Shown: positions 27,424-37,288, counted from the stretch's first letter. The stretch is 64,000 bases of DNA from Candidatus Geothermarchaeota archaeon (GCA_015523545.1 WAKB01000005.1:8897-72896), one strand, 5' to 3'. A program made the numbers and translations. The notes: generated by a model from the sequence alone, not told the origin.

Positions 27424-30354
27424 CTACTTCTTCTTGATGAAGAAGAGGGCGATGGATGCTAGCTGTAGTATCACTACTAGTATCAGCAGCGTCGTCACCA
27501 TTGATAGTGCGTCTAGCTTCTGTGACAGCTCGTCTAGCGAGTTCTGTAGGTCGTTGAACTGCTGCGTCTGGGTCTGGGCCTGGTTATCTAGCTGGTCACC
27601 CAGGTTGCCTAGCTGGTCGCCAAGGCCTGAGATCGCCGTGTCTATCTCGCCGAGGGCCTCACTTACACTGTTGAGAGCGTTGGCCAGGTTGTCTGATAGC
27701 TGGGACAGTGCGTCAGCTAGGCCGTTCAGTCTGTTGGTTATCTCATCCAGCCTAGTCTGTGTCGGGTTGGGCTGTAGCTCTACTGTAATGACCTGCTTCC
27801 AACCGTATAGCCCGCCGAAGGTTGCGAATACCTCTATCTGGTATACTCCTTGAGCTATACCTCTTGTCCTAGCACCTGGTATTATTGCGTCGAACCTACC
27901 TGGCTCTATTAGGCTTGCCTTTGCAGCTGCTATCTCCTCCCCGTCTAGAGTCAACAGCTTTACAACGACCTCACCCTGTGATGCTGGTACAGCTATCTCG
28001 TTCGGGAATGTCTCTACATATGTTAGGTATACTGTTACTGGTATGTCCTCACCGACGAACATGTCGTCAGGTACCTCTACTGCGTCGATCCTTAGGAATG
28101 CTACTGAGAACTGCTCTAGGAACTGCTGCTCAGTGAATGGATAAGACTCATCCCTGAAGGCAGTCAGCTCCATGAACCTCTCCTCAGGCCTGTACTGCTC
28201 GATCATGAATGGACCGTTGCTGATGTATGCGTGGCCAAACTGCTCGATGAAGGCTATCGAGTTCTGGAACCTCTCTGCGGCCTCGTCAGCCGTTAGCCAT
28301 GGGGCTGCGTATGGCGATACGTATGGAGCGTCGACCTGCCTAACAACGCTGCCGTTAACCTCTACCGTCCAGCCCTCGTTCAGCAGATTCTCCATAGCAG
28401 CCATTATATCCTCAGCGTGAGATGCACTGATCAGGTCTAGACCGACCTCTGGCTCAACATCCTCCCAGTAGTAGTCAGTACCGGTTGCTGGGCCGTTGGC
28501 GACTACTACATACTCCATAGCGTCCCAGATCTGTACTGGTAGGTCTGTGAAGAAGTCATAGTTCCATGCAATAGCTCCGTCTGAATATGGGTGATAGTAG
28601 TCAGCATATACTGCGATAGCTGTCTCGTTTATCACCTCAATACCCTTGATAGTCTCTAGGAATGGCGTCGCACTACTATCAACTGAGCTGTCATAGAACG
28701 GATCACCCTCGAAGTCCATACTTGCCCACTCATATGTGAAGGCCAATGCTGCCATTACATCAGCTATCGTCATCATCGTACCGTCGTGGAACTTTCCGAA
28801 CTTAAAGTTATAGGTGATCTTGACCAGTGAAGTCGTCTCCTCACCTATCTCCACCCACTCCTCAGCTACTGGGTCGAATACCATGGCTGTTGCTGGCACT
28901 GGATACTGTGGTATAAGGAAGCCATCTTCAGATATGTCGAACTGCTTCTCAACCACGAAATCTGCCCTTACAGCCGTTGGCTCACCAAGCCTCGGGTGTG
29001 GGAATATACCATAGTCCCTAACAGCAGCCCTTACGATCTCTGCATAATAGCCCTGGAAACCTAGGACTGGGTTCCATACCGTTAGGAAGAGCTGACCCTG
29101 GGCAGAGTATTCTAGGAGCCTAATGATTCCGTCCTCGGTCGTAGCAGTCCTGTAGAACCACATGTTGGCTGGACCGGTTACGAATCCAGGTATCACGTTG
29201 GTAAGATCTGCGCTGGCTGCCCAGTACTCAATAGTGTTAACCGCGAACACCCTGACTGACTCCTGCATACCCATCTTGATCAGGGTCTTAATCGTCTGCT
29301 CATAGGACTCCTTGTCGGGCAGTGCACCCTGCACCAGCTTAAATGATAGCTCGTCTATGGTCTCGTTCCTATATACAATCCAGTCCTCCAGTGGGAATGC
29401 TGGCACGAAGCCGAAGGTTGATGAGTAGAAGAATACTGCGTCACCCTCCACATATGGGTAGTCCGATAGTGAGATCCAGCCCTCAGTATAGATATTCCAC
29501 CTATAGTCCCTTGGGTTGGTTATGTATACAGTGCTGATAGCCAGCCTCCTCTCAGTCTCTGCGATCTCCACCTTTATACCTGTCTGCTCTATCCATGAGG
29601 CGAAGGCTCTACCACCCTCTCTCCTCTCATCCTCAACCCTCACGATGAACTTAACTGTTACGATCTCCTCACCACCAGGTACACCTGGACCGCTGAACTT
29701 CCACCAGAACCCTGCTGGGGAGTCTGGATCAGTTACCTTCTCCAAAGTGTAGTCAGTGCCCTCCAGCTGGTTTGCAACCTCTGTGAGGGCTGCATCCACA
29801 ATCTGCTTAGCTAGCTCCAAGTTACCCTCCTCGGTGAAGCCAAACTCCCTTATGAATGGCTCCACCCAAACGTGGAATGGGTTGCTGACCATGATCGGTG
29901 AGAACATCGGCTCACCGCCGCCCAGCAGGATCTCGTCGATTAGGAACTTCCTGTTCAAAGCATAGTTCATTGCGAACCTGACTTCCCTTATAGCGAATGG
30001 GTTGAAGTGTACCTCACCGGAAGTGGTGTTTACTATACCTGGACCCAGCTCAGGACTCTCTACTGGATTGAAGACGTATGACCAGAATGAAGACCTTGAC
30101 TCGTAGGTCTTCAGGTTCTGCCTTAGAGCCTCTGATAGCTGGGCCAGAGTCGCTGGTGAGACACCCCACATGAATATGTCTGCCTTACCAGCAGCTACGT
30201 CTGCTAGACCAACGTCCTGCGTCAGCCTAACCTCAACGAGAACCTTGTCTGCAGGTGGACCCGGCCTCTCCTGGGCATATACCGGTGCCTGGATGAAGAA
30301 CACTGGCAACACGAGTAGAATAGCGAGTACTATGGACCATGCTGCCCTATTCAT
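27424..30354 (-). CDS. ABC transporter substrate-binding protein (family 5, Dpp/Opp-type), very large, with C-terminal coiled-coil stalk and TM anchor
   Basis: Signal peptide MNRAAWSIVLAILLVLPVFFIQAPVYAQ, a family-5 SBP-like body adjacent to the DppBCDF-type genes, a 112-aa heptad-like tail and the final TM MVTTLLILVVILQLASIALFFIKKK. Confidence 0.8.
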   Translation of the reverse strand: MNRAAWSIVLAILLVLPVFFIQAPVYAQERPGPPADKVLVEVRLTQDVGLADVAAGKADIFMWGVSPATLAQLSEALRQNLKTYESRSSFWSYVFNPVESPELGPGIVNTTSGEVHFNPFAIREVRFAMNYALNRKFLIDEILLGGGEPMFSPIMVSNPFHVWVEPFIREFGFTEEGNLELAKQIVDAALTEVANQLEGTDYTLEKVTDPDSPAGFWWKFSGPGVPGGEEIVTVKFIVRVEDERREGGRAFASWIEQTGIKVEIAETERRLAISTVYITNPRDYRWNIYTEGWISLSDYPYVEGDAVFFYSSTFGFVPAFPLEDWIVYRNETIDELSFKLVQGALPDKESYEQTIKTLIKMGMQESVRVFAVNTIEYWAASADLTNVIPGFVTGPANMWFYRTATTEDGIIRLLEYSAQGQLFLTVWNPVLGFQGYYAEIVRAAVRDYGIFPHPRLGEPTAVRADFVVEKQFDISEDGFLIPQYPVPATAMVFDPVAEEWVEIGEETTSLVKITYNFKFGKFHDGTMMTIADVMAALAFTYEWASMDFEGDPFYDSSVDSSATPFLETIKGIEVINETAIAVYADYYHPYSDGAIAWNYDFFTDLPVQIWDAMEYVVVANGPATGTDYYWEDVEPEVGLDLISASHAEDIMAAMENLLNEGWTVEVNGSVVRQVDAPYVSPYAAPWLTADEAAERFQNSIAFIEQFGHAYISNGPFMIEQYRPEERFMELTAFRDESYPFTEQQFLEQFSVAFLRIDAVEVPDDMFVGEDIPVTVYLTYVETFPNEIAVPASQGEVVVKLLTLDGEEIAAAKASLIEPGRFDAIIPGARTRGIAQGVYQIEVFATFGGLYGWKQVITVELQPNPTQTRLDEITNRLNGLADALSQLSDNLANALNSVSEALGEIDTAISGLGDQLGNLGDQLDNQAQTQTQQFNDLQNSLDELSQKLDALSMVTTLLILVVILQLASIALFFIKKK

Positions 30355-30390
30355 AGAAGTAACACCTCACAAATTATACACGGACACAGG

Positions 30391-30403
30391 CTTTATATAT
30401 CTT
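30391..30403 (-). promoter_or_regulatory. Putative TATA box (minus strand AAGATATATAAAG) for the substrate-binding-protein gene
   Basis: About 40 nt upstream of the ATG at 30354. SD GTGAGGTG lies at 30362-30369 (minus). This implies the SBP gene is transcribed separately from the permease and ATPase genes. Confidence 0.4.
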
Positions 30404-30411
30404 AAAGCCCC

Positions 30412-30464
30412 AAAAACCGTGGAAAACCGATGTAAAACCACATTTTTAGGAAGATATGGAAAAA
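30412..30464 (-). terminator. Cluster of oligo-T tracts (T5, T4, T4, T5 on the minus strand) after the second ABC ATPase gene
   Basis: A-runs on the plus strand at 30412-16, 30423-26, 30434-37 and 30460-64, starting 25 nt after the stop at 30489. Archaeal termination typically uses oligo-T. Confidence 0.35.
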
Positions 30465-30488
30465 GGATTTTAGTGGTTGGTTAGCTAG

Positions 30489-31607
30489 CTAGTAGAGGTG
30501 GCAGGCTACATAGTGCCCCTTCTCCACTTCTATTAGCTTTGGTTCCTCGGCCTTACACCTAGCCTGGATTTCGGGATGCTCATCGAAGGCTACGCATCTC
30601 GGGTGGAAGCGACAGCCAGGGGGTACGTTGACCGCGCTTGTTATCTCACCCTTTATCCTGATATCCTTTATTATGTGTCTCCTATTAGGGTCTGGGATCG
30701 GTATCGCCGCAACCAATGCCTGTGTATAGGGGTGTAGAGGGTTCTTAATGATTTGCTCAGCAGAACCGAGCTCTACTAGCTTACCTAGATACATCACCCC
30801 AATATAGTCGCTAATGTTATAGGCTATTGTCAAGTCGTGGGTTATGAACAGTACGCTGACACCGAACTTCTCTTTAAGATCCAGGATCGAGAGTAGAACC
30901 TCCGCCCTGAGGGATACGTCTATCATGGCTATAGGCTCGTCAGCCACTACAAATGAGGGGTTTAGGAGTAGGGCCTTAGCAATATTTACACGCTGCCTTT
31001 GACCACCACTGAGCATATGGGGGAATCGGTTAGCTATATCCTCGGCTGGAACAAGCTTCACCGCCTCTAGAGCCTTTAATATGATCTCATACCTCTCCTC
31101 AGGACTGTCCCCAATACCATGTATTACTAGAGGCTCCATCAGTATATCCCTAATTCTATACGCAGGGTTTAGAGAGGAGTACGGATCCTGGAAAATTATC
31201 TGTAGTTTAGTCCTTAGGGGCTTCATCCATTTACTCGGAACCTGGGCAAGGTCGACATATCCATCGTAGAACTTTATCCTTCCACCGGAGATGTCGTCAA
31301 GCTTCTTCCTAGTCTCATCATCAACCTTGAAGAGTATGTGGCCTGAGGTAGGGTCGTATAGACGTACAAGGGTCATCCCAGTAGTGGTCTTGCCACATCC
31401 AGACTCTCCTACAAGCGAGAAGATCACACCCTTCTTAATGTCGAAGGATATGTGATCCACAGCCCTGACAAACTTCTGTCTACGCCTGGCAATGACGTCT
31501 AGAACGGAGCGCCTTATCGGGAAATATTTTACAAGGTCTCTAACAGCCAGTAGGTCGTCCTCACTAAGCTCCTTTACATAGTCTTGGGGGGTGAACTCCT
31601 TAGTCAT
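30489..31607 (-). CDS. ABC transporter ATP-binding protein (DppF/OppF-type)
   Basis: Walker A GESGCGKTT, signature LSGGQRQR, Walker B FVVADEP and a C-terminal oligopeptide-type extension. The ATG at 31607 is preceded by GGAGGTGA (track start GTG 31616). Confidence 0.9.
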   Translation of the reverse strand: MTKEFTPQDYVKELSEDDLLAVRDLVKYFPIRRSVLDVIARRRQKFVRAVDHISFDIKKGVIFSLVGESGCGKTTTGMTLVRLYDPTSGHILFKVDDETRKKLDDISGGRIKFYDGYVDLAQVPSKWMKPLRTKLQIIFQDPYSSLNPAYRIRDILMEPLVIHGIGDSPEERYEIILKALEAVKLVPAEDIANRFPHMLSGGQRQRVNIAKALLLNPSFVVADEPIAMIDVSLRAEVLLSILDLKEKFGVSVLFITHDLTIAYNISDYIGVMYLGKLVELGSAEQIIKNPLHPYTQALVAAIPIPDPNRRHIIKDIRIKGEITSAVNVPPGCRFHPRCVAFDEHPEIQARCKAEEPKLIEVEKGHYVACHLY

Positions 31608-31619
31608 CACCTCCACCTC

Positions 31620-32579
31620 CTATTCATATAACCAGCAGGCTGCATACTGGGTCTTACCAACCTTGAACATGGGGGGCTCCTCCCTCCTACACTTATCAAA
31701 GACGAATGGACATCTATCTGCGAATCTACAACCCTGGGGAGGGTTCCTAAGATCTGGTGGTGTTCCAGGGATGTAGTGAAGGCCCTTCTCAGTCAGCTTG
31801 GGGATACTCTTTAGGAGGCCTTGGGTATATGGATGCTTTGGATCTGCGAAGAGCTCGTCGCTAGAGCCTATCTCAACCATCTTGCCTGCATACATTATCG
31901 CTAGTCTCTCAACCACCTCAGCCATGATGCTCAGGTCATGTGAGATAAGTATCAAGCTAATGTTAAACTCTTTCTTTAGGCTTTTCAGAAGGTTGAGGAT
32001 CTGGGCCTGGACAATAACGTCTAGAGCGGTTGTAGGCTCATCAGCTATGACGACCTCCGGCCTCAGAACCAGGGCCATAGCAATCATTACACGCTGCTTC
32101 ATCCCACCGCTAAGCTCATGTGGATACCTATTCACGATCTCCGGGTCGAGACCGACCTTGGGAAGGATCTTCTTGGCCTCCTCGATAGCCTCGTTCTTCT
32201 CCAGCCCCTTATGAACCATTAGGGGCTCGGCCAGCTGGTCACCAATCTTGTATACTGGTGTCAAGGCGTTCATAGCCCCCTGAAAGACCATGCTGACCTT
32301 CTTCCACCTAATCTTCCTCCTAAGCTCCTCCTCACTCATCTTGGCTATATCCATCCCGTCGAGGAATATGCTTCCTCCAGCTATTCTACCAGGTGGTGGG
32401 ACTAGGTTCATCAGGGAGAAGCCCAGCGTACTCTTGCCACATCCTGACTCACCGGCCAGTCCTAGGGTCTCACCCTTCCGGAGCTGGAAGGAGACGCCCT
32501 CCACAGCCTTTACTACGCCTGCATAGGTGTAGTAGTATACCCTAAGATCCCTCACATCCAGTGCCAGATCGGACGACAT
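31620..32579 (-). CDS. ABC transporter ATP-binding protein (DppD/OppD-type)
   Basis: Walker A GESGCGKST, signature LSGGMKQR, Walker B VVIADEP. ATG at 32579 (MSSDLALDVRDL) is preferred over the track start 32615. Confidence 0.9.
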   Translation of the reverse strand: MSSDLALDVRDLRVYYYTYAGVVKAVEGVSFQLRKGETLGLAGESGCGKSTLGFSLMNLVPPPGRIAGGSIFLDGMDIAKMSEEELRRKIRWKKVSMVFQGAMNALTPVYKIGDQLAEPLMVHKGLEKNEAIEEAKKILPKVGLDPEIVNRYPHELSGGMKQRVMIAMALVLRPEVVIADEPTTALDVIVQAQILNLLKSLKKEFNISLILISHDLSIMAEVVERLAIMYAGKMVEIGSSDELFADPKHPYTQGLLKSIPKLTEKGLHYIPGTPPDLRNPPQGCRFADRCPFVFDKCRREEPPMFKVGKTQYAACWLYE

Positions 32580-32586
32580 AGCCAGA

Positions 32587-33993
32587 TCACCTGAGCAGCC
32601 TCGGGTTAAGGACACGGTCTAGGGCGGTGCCTATCAATACGAAGGCTAGGCCAGATATAGCTATCATGAAGCCTGGTGGGAGAACCCACCACCACATACC
32701 TGTGAGAACAGCGCTCTTCCTCTCGGCATCACTCAGTATACGTCCCCAGGTGATCTCCAAAGTACCCTGGGCACCTAGTAGGAAGCTTACACCAGCCTCA
32801 GTCAAGATAGCACCAGGCACGGCGAAGGCAACCAATGCGAAGGTATATGGCAATATCTGCGGCAATATATATCTAAGCACTATCCTAGAGGTCGAGGCGC
32901 CAACAGCCTTTGCAGCCGTTATATAGAGCTGCTCACGTATCTGCAGAGCCATGCTACGGATTGTCTTGACAGGGCCTGGCCACGAGAATACGATAAGAAG
33001 GAGTATGAGGTTCCATATCGTAGGCTTAAAGGTATATGCCAGGATCAAGAGGAGAGGTAGGAGAGGTATCGAGATTGCGAACTCCTGTATACGCTGGAGA
33101 ATCTCATCCGTCCATCCACCCACATATGCACTAACCGTTCCATAGACAACCCCTATCAAGACGCTGACTATAGCTACTACAAGGCCAAGGACTAGAGCTA
33201 TCCTAGCCCCCCAGATAATACCCACGAAGATATCCCTTCCGAAGCTATCAGTCCCGAAGATACCGTACGCAGAGCCTAGAACCACGAGCCTAGCCTCGTT
33301 AAATGTTACATTGGTACTCCTCCTGAAGAGGGTGATCTCAAACTTATACTCTCCTTTGAGGGGAGGGGCCTTCTCGAGTAGAACATCTTCCTGAGCCTCC
33401 GAGAACAGGATCTTGACAACATCAATAACATTCGTCAGGCCACGAGACGTGATGTCCTCGAAGTTTTCAGGGTCATATTTCTTCATAAAAGTGATGATGG
33501 TGGACCTTGCCTTCTCATCTGTGGAGAGCGTGATCTTAGCTAAGGGGGCTGCAGTGGTTAAGTCGAGGACACGGGAGAGGCTTGTGCCGTCAGGCCTATA
33601 GATGTTCATAACCACGATATACTCCTCGTCAGCCGCACCCTCAGCCTTTGATACATTTATATAAAGAATCACATCTGAGGGAGGCACGTCCGCCGCCATA
33701 TCATAGGAAATATTGAAGGTGAACCTGTAGCCCTCCCTACTAGGGATTCTATATGTAAACTCGGAGGTCGATGCATACTCCCTACCCTCGATAATACCTA
33801 CCCACTCAGGGGGGACACCCTTGGGGATGTTCTTCTCAGTCCACCACTCTATATCATACCAGCGATACCCAGCCTCCTCATCACTGATTACCGGGGCAGC
33901 GACGGCCATCCCTACAATGATCAGTAGGAGGAAGACCCCGATCAACCCACTCTTGAAGCGTAGGAACTCCGATACTATGTCCTTAATTCCCAT
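32587..33993 (-). CDS. ABC transporter permease (DppC/OppC-type) with extracytoplasmic insertion of about 200 aa after TM1
   Basis: Conserved permease loop AAKAVGASTSRIVLRYILPQILP. There is a large loop between the first TM and the core. ATG at 33993 (track start GTG 34002). Confidence 0.85.
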   Translation of the reverse strand: MGIKDIVSEFLRFKSGLIGVFLLLIIVGMAVAAPVISDEEAGYRWYDIEWWTEKNIPKGVPPEWVGIIEGREYASTSEFTYRIPSREGYRFTFNISYDMAADVPPSDVILYINVSKAEGAADEEYIVVMNIYRPDGTSLSRVLDLTTAAPLAKITLSTDEKARSTIITFMKKYDPENFEDITSRGLTNVIDVVKILFSEAQEDVLLEKAPPLKGEYKFEITLFRRSTNVTFNEARLVVLGSAYGIFGTDSFGRDIFVGIIWGARIALVLGLVVAIVSVLIGVVYGTVSAYVGGWTDEILQRIQEFAISIPLLPLLLILAYTFKPTIWNLILLLIVFSWPGPVKTIRSMALQIREQLYITAAKAVGASTSRIVLRYILPQILPYTFALVAFAVPGAILTEAGVSFLLGAQGTLEITWGRILSDAERKSAVLTGMWWWVLPPGFMIAISGLAFVLIGTALDRVLNPRLLR

Positions 33994-34001
33994 CCCATAC
34001 A

Positions 34002-35063
34002 CTATCTACCGCCTCCCACACCAACCTTGATCCTCGGGTCCAGCAGGGCATATGCGAAGTCTAGAGCCAGGATGGCGAAGACGTAGAGGAAGGTGGATAT
34101 ATAGGTCAGACCTATAACCACTGGCATATCACCATTAAGGATGGCCTGGTAGAAGAGCCTACCGATACCTGGCCAGTTAAAGACGGCCTCGGTGATTATG
34201 GCACCACCTATCGAGCCAAGGATAGCCAGGGTTGTCGAGGTAACGATTGGTGGGCTAGCTGTCCTAAGCACATGACCATAGAGAATCTTCCTCTCGGGAA
34301 CACCCTTGGCCCTAGCCGTATTGACGAAGTCCTCGGTCAAGACGTTGAGCACGATACTCCTAGTGGCGTAGCTCCAGCCACCAAAGTTTACGAAGACGAA
34401 GACTATCAGCGGCAGGGCCAAGTGATACAACACGTCTAGGGCATACGCCATAGGCTCCTCAGGGGGCGGTATACTGACCATACCTCCCGAGGGGAATATA
34501 CCGAGTGTATATGAGAAGTAGAAGATGAAGATCATGCCCACCCACCACATGGGTAGGCTATACGTAAACATAGCGAATGTCGATATAGTCCTGTCTAGAA
34601 GCGAGCCTACCTTAGTAGCCGCCTTGATACCAAGCAATATACCTATGACTATCGTGACGATAGTACCAGTCGTGAAGAGCAGGATCGTCCTCGGCAACGC
34701 CTCTAAAATAATGTCGGACACCACCGGCGACCCACCTGCACTCTTCAGCACCATCGCGTTACCAAAGTTGAACATCATCGCGTCTACGGTCCGGTATAAC
34801 ACCCTAATATGATAAGGCTGGTCAAGGCCATACTGCTGCTCATAAAACTTTATACGTTCCTGTACAGCCCTCTGCTTCTGCTCCTCTGTCCACTGGGCAT
34901 ATTGAGGATTCCTGTATATCTCTTGGTAAGCCCTCTCCCTGATATCGGTCCTGATCTGATCCTCAACATACTCATTCATCATAACCGCGGTGATGAGCAG
35001 GACTAGGAATAGTATGATGAGGGCATTCACGATTCTAAAGGCGAGGTATCTAACGACCGCCAT
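34002..35063 (-). CDS. ABC transporter permease (DppB/OppB-type)
   Basis: TARAKGVPERKILYGHVLR (EAA-loop region) and six TMs. ATG at 35063 (MAVVRYLAFRI) is preferred over GTG 35099, since the TATA at about 35108-35117 is too close to 35099. Confidence 0.85.
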   Translation of the reverse strand: MAVVRYLAFRIVNALIILFLVLLITAVMMNEYVEDQIRTDIRERAYQEIYRNPQYAQWTEEQKQRAVQERIKFYEQQYGLDQPYHIRVLYRTVDAMMFNFGNAMVLKSAGGSPVVSDIILEALPRTILLFTTGTIVTIVIGILLGIKAATKVGSLLDRTISTFAMFTYSLPMWWVGMIFIFYFSYTLGIFPSGGMVSIPPPEEPMAYALDVLYHLALPLIVFVFVNFGGWSYATRSIVLNVLTEDFVNTARAKGVPERKILYGHVLRTASPPIVTSTTLAILGSIGGAIITEAVFNWPGIGRLFYQAILNGDMPVVIGLTYISTFLYVFAILALDFAYALLDPRIKVGVGGGR

Positions 35064-35194
35064 CACACCACCTGCGGCTACTACTTCTAAAAATATCACG
35101 GTACAACCCTTTATATTTCAAGGTAGAGCCACACATACACGTCTAAACACGCTGTCTTATCCCTAGACGCAACAATATAATTTGTCGGTAGGAG

Positions 35195-35749
35195 ATGTCG
35201 AGACGCCTCTCCACATTAGACAAGATAGTTATCCTTGCTGGTATAGCTAGCATCATCCTTTTCCTTCTCGCCCCCCAAGTAGCCAACCTATTGTTTACAA
35301 AGACAGAGACTATTACACTCAACGATAGAAGCCCATTAAACCAAGAAGGGTTAGCAGTTATCCAGCTAGAGAGTGGAGACAAGATCGAGGTTTTAATCAA
35401 CGTTGAGAAGGGAAGAGTCGCGTACGTCATGAAGGCATATATAGTCAAGCCAAATTTGGGGAGCGAGTTCAACCCGGCGATAACACGCTACAGAATAATC
35501 GAAGGTACAAAGATCTTCGAGGAAGGGACATATAAGAGAGTGGTGACTGCCAAGATCAACGCCAATTACGCTGCAGAGTTTAGACTCGTGAATTCCAGCG
35601 AAGCAGCGGTGGAGATTACCTTCAAACCACTGGAGATGCCCAACTGGGTTCTTAGGCTCAGAGTGGTGACGGGGATAGTCGGCTTGATAGCCGTTCTCTA
35701 CATGTTTGGACGCTTCTACGAAGAGCCGAAAGAAGCTTTAATTGACTAG
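35195..35749 (+). CDS. Hypothetical bitopic protein (N- and C-terminal TM, beta-rich ectodomain of about 110 aa)
   Basis: ORF with SD GGTAGGAG. TM at IVILAGIASIILFLLAP and at VVTGIVGLIAVLYMF. First gene of a three-gene unit ending in signal peptidase. Confidence 0.5.
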   Translation: MSRRLSTLDKIVILAGIASIILFLLAPQVANLLFTKTETITLNDRSPLNQEGLAVIQLESGDKIEVLINVEKGRVAYVMKAYIVKPNLGSEFNPAITRYRIIEGTKIFEEGTYKRVVTAKINANYAAEFRLVNSSEAAVEITFKPLEMPNWVLRLRVVTGIVGLIAVLYMFGRFYEEPKEALID

Positions 35750-35784
35750 GATAGGGATTATTATCTCTTTAAGGGTGATCCATA

Positions 35785-36081
35785 GTGGCCGAGGCACCCA
35801 CATTCCCCATAACCACTGAGGCACTCATCAACTTCCTCTACGCCATATACTACTTCATTAGGGACATAATAACGTTCATCCTGGAGAACACACTCTTTAA
35901 GGAGGCACCTGAGATAGCCGTGATGTACGGCGACATAATAACATTCCTGATAAGCATAACAGCGATCTACATCCTCCTAGTCATGATCGAGTCTGTTAAG
36001 AAGTACTTCAAGATAATCCTCATACTGGGCTGGGGACTACTATTCCTCTCAATAGCCCTGACCATCGTAAAGGGAGCATGA
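35785..36081 (+). CDS. Hypothetical small membrane protein (3 TM)
   Basis: ORF (GTG start) with three hydrophobic helices. Its stop lies 1 nt before the signal peptidase ATG. Confidence 0.45.
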   Translation: MAEAPTFPITTEALINFLYAIYYFIRDIITFILENTLFKEAPEIAVMYGDIITFLISITAIYILLVMIESVKKYFKIILILGWGLLFLSIALTIVKGA

Positions 36082-36082
36082 A

Positions 36083-36664
36083 ATGGATAAACAGGTTGAT
36101 AAGGGCCTAGCAATAAGGATAGCGGCTATACTCATAATAACGCTCTTCATAATCTTCGGCCTCCCAACAGTATTCAAAGCCGTACTAGGCACCGAGACAC
36201 CATTTATGGTCGTCATCTCGAGGAGTATGGAGCCAACCCTAAAGGTAAACGACATAATAGTTGTTGTAGGGGTAGACCCAGACGATATCGAGGTAGGAGA
36301 CATAATAGTATTTAGAAACCCCACCGGCGGACCAGTCCCAATAGTCCACAGAGTAGTCGACATAATCATCCTCCCAAATGGGGAGAGAGGCTTCATAACC
36401 AAGGGTGATAACAACAACCTAAACGACCCATGGACACTTACAGATGAGTACATCATAGGTAGAGTCGTCTTCGTCATCCCCCAACTCGGTATAATAACCA
36501 GGATATTCACATCCTCACCACTCACACGCTATGGAATCATACTGCTCATAGTTCTTGCCATGATCTACCTGGAGTATAGGGATTACATAAAGAGGAAGGA
36601 AGAGGAGGCGGAGGAGTTCCAGGTCTACGACTGTATAGAGGCCGAGGTGGAGGAGGAAGAATAG
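36083..36664 (+). CDS. Signal peptidase I, archaeal/eukaryal Sec11-type
   Basis: Catalytic Ser box VVISRSMEPTL, His box PIVHRVV and GDNN box KGDNNNLNDP. N- and C-terminal TM, acidic tail. Confidence 0.88.
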   Translation: MDKQVDKGLAIRIAAILIITLFIIFGLPTVFKAVLGTETPFMVVISRSMEPTLKVNDIIVVVGVDPDDIEVGDIIVFRNPTGGPVPIVHRVVDIIILPNGERGFITKGDNNNLNDPWTLTDEYIIGRVVFVIPQLGIITRIFTSSPLTRYGIILLIVLAMIYLEYRDYIKRKEEEAEEFQVYDCIEAEVEEEE

Positions 36665-36718
36665 ATTAGATTATTAACCCCGTGACGAGTTAATATACCT
36701 TTATAAAGGTGTTTTTAA

Positions 36719-37288
36719 ATGGCGGATGACATTCCTGTCGAGCCGGATGTACAAATAGTGAATGTAGTGGCCACCGTGAAGCTTGGACAGGATATCAACC
36801 TACGCAAGATCCTCGAGAAGATACCACAGGCAGAGTACGACCCCAGGAGGTTCCCCGGACTAGTCTATAGACTAGACAGGCCCAGAACCGCTATACTCAT
36901 ATTCGGCTCAGGCAACATGGTGATAACAGGGGCGAAGACCGAGTCGGCGGTCAAACAGGCTGTAAACAAGCTGATAAAACAGTTTGAGGAGAAGGGTATA
37001 CTCACAGGGGTGAAGCCGGAGGTAAAGATAGAGAACGTAGTCGCATCGGGAAACCTTAAGGGATACATAGATCTAGAAGGCGCCGCCTACGAGCTAGAGT
37101 TCACCATATACGAGCCGGAGGAGTTCCCAGGCCTCATCTACAGGATGGACGACCCAAACGTGGTGATACTCCTATTCTCAAGCGGGAAAATAGTATGCAC
37201 AGGTGCGAGGAGCGAGGAGGAGGTGTACAGGGCGGTGAAGAAGCTCCAGAAGAAGCTTATCGACGCCGGACTCATAGAGTATTCCTAG
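36719..37288 (+). CDS. tbp: TATA-box binding protein
   Basis: Two direct TBP repeats: IVNVVATVKL...FPGLVYRL..PRTAILIFGSGNMVITGAK and IENVVASGNL...FPGLIYRM..PNVVILLFSSGKIVCTGAR. TTAATATAC about 25 nt upstream implies a near-leaderless mRNA. Confidence 0.95.
   Translation: MADDIPVEPDVQIVNVVATVKLGQDINLRKILEKIPQAEYDPRRFPGLVYRLDRPRTAILIFGSGNMVITGAKTESAVKQAVNKLIKQFEEKGILTGVKPEVKIENVVASGNLKGYIDLEGAAYELEFTIYEPEEFPGLIYRMDDPNVVILLFSSGKIVCTGARSEEEVYRAVKKLQKKLIDAGLIEYS

Noticed and set aside
35195-35749. TasA/AbpA-like fibre subunit or type IV pilin identity for the 184-aa protein
   Set aside because: It has no class III (pilin) signal motif and no obvious AxA cleavage site. The N-terminal motif I associate with TasA-like proteins is absent, and a C-terminal TM is present. 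The idea is kept only as a low-confidence hypothesis in the signal-peptidase finding.
36049-36525. 158-aa ORF antisense to signal peptidase
   Set aside because: The signal peptidase Ser/His/GDNN boxes are on the plus strand, so the antisense frame is a shadow ORF.
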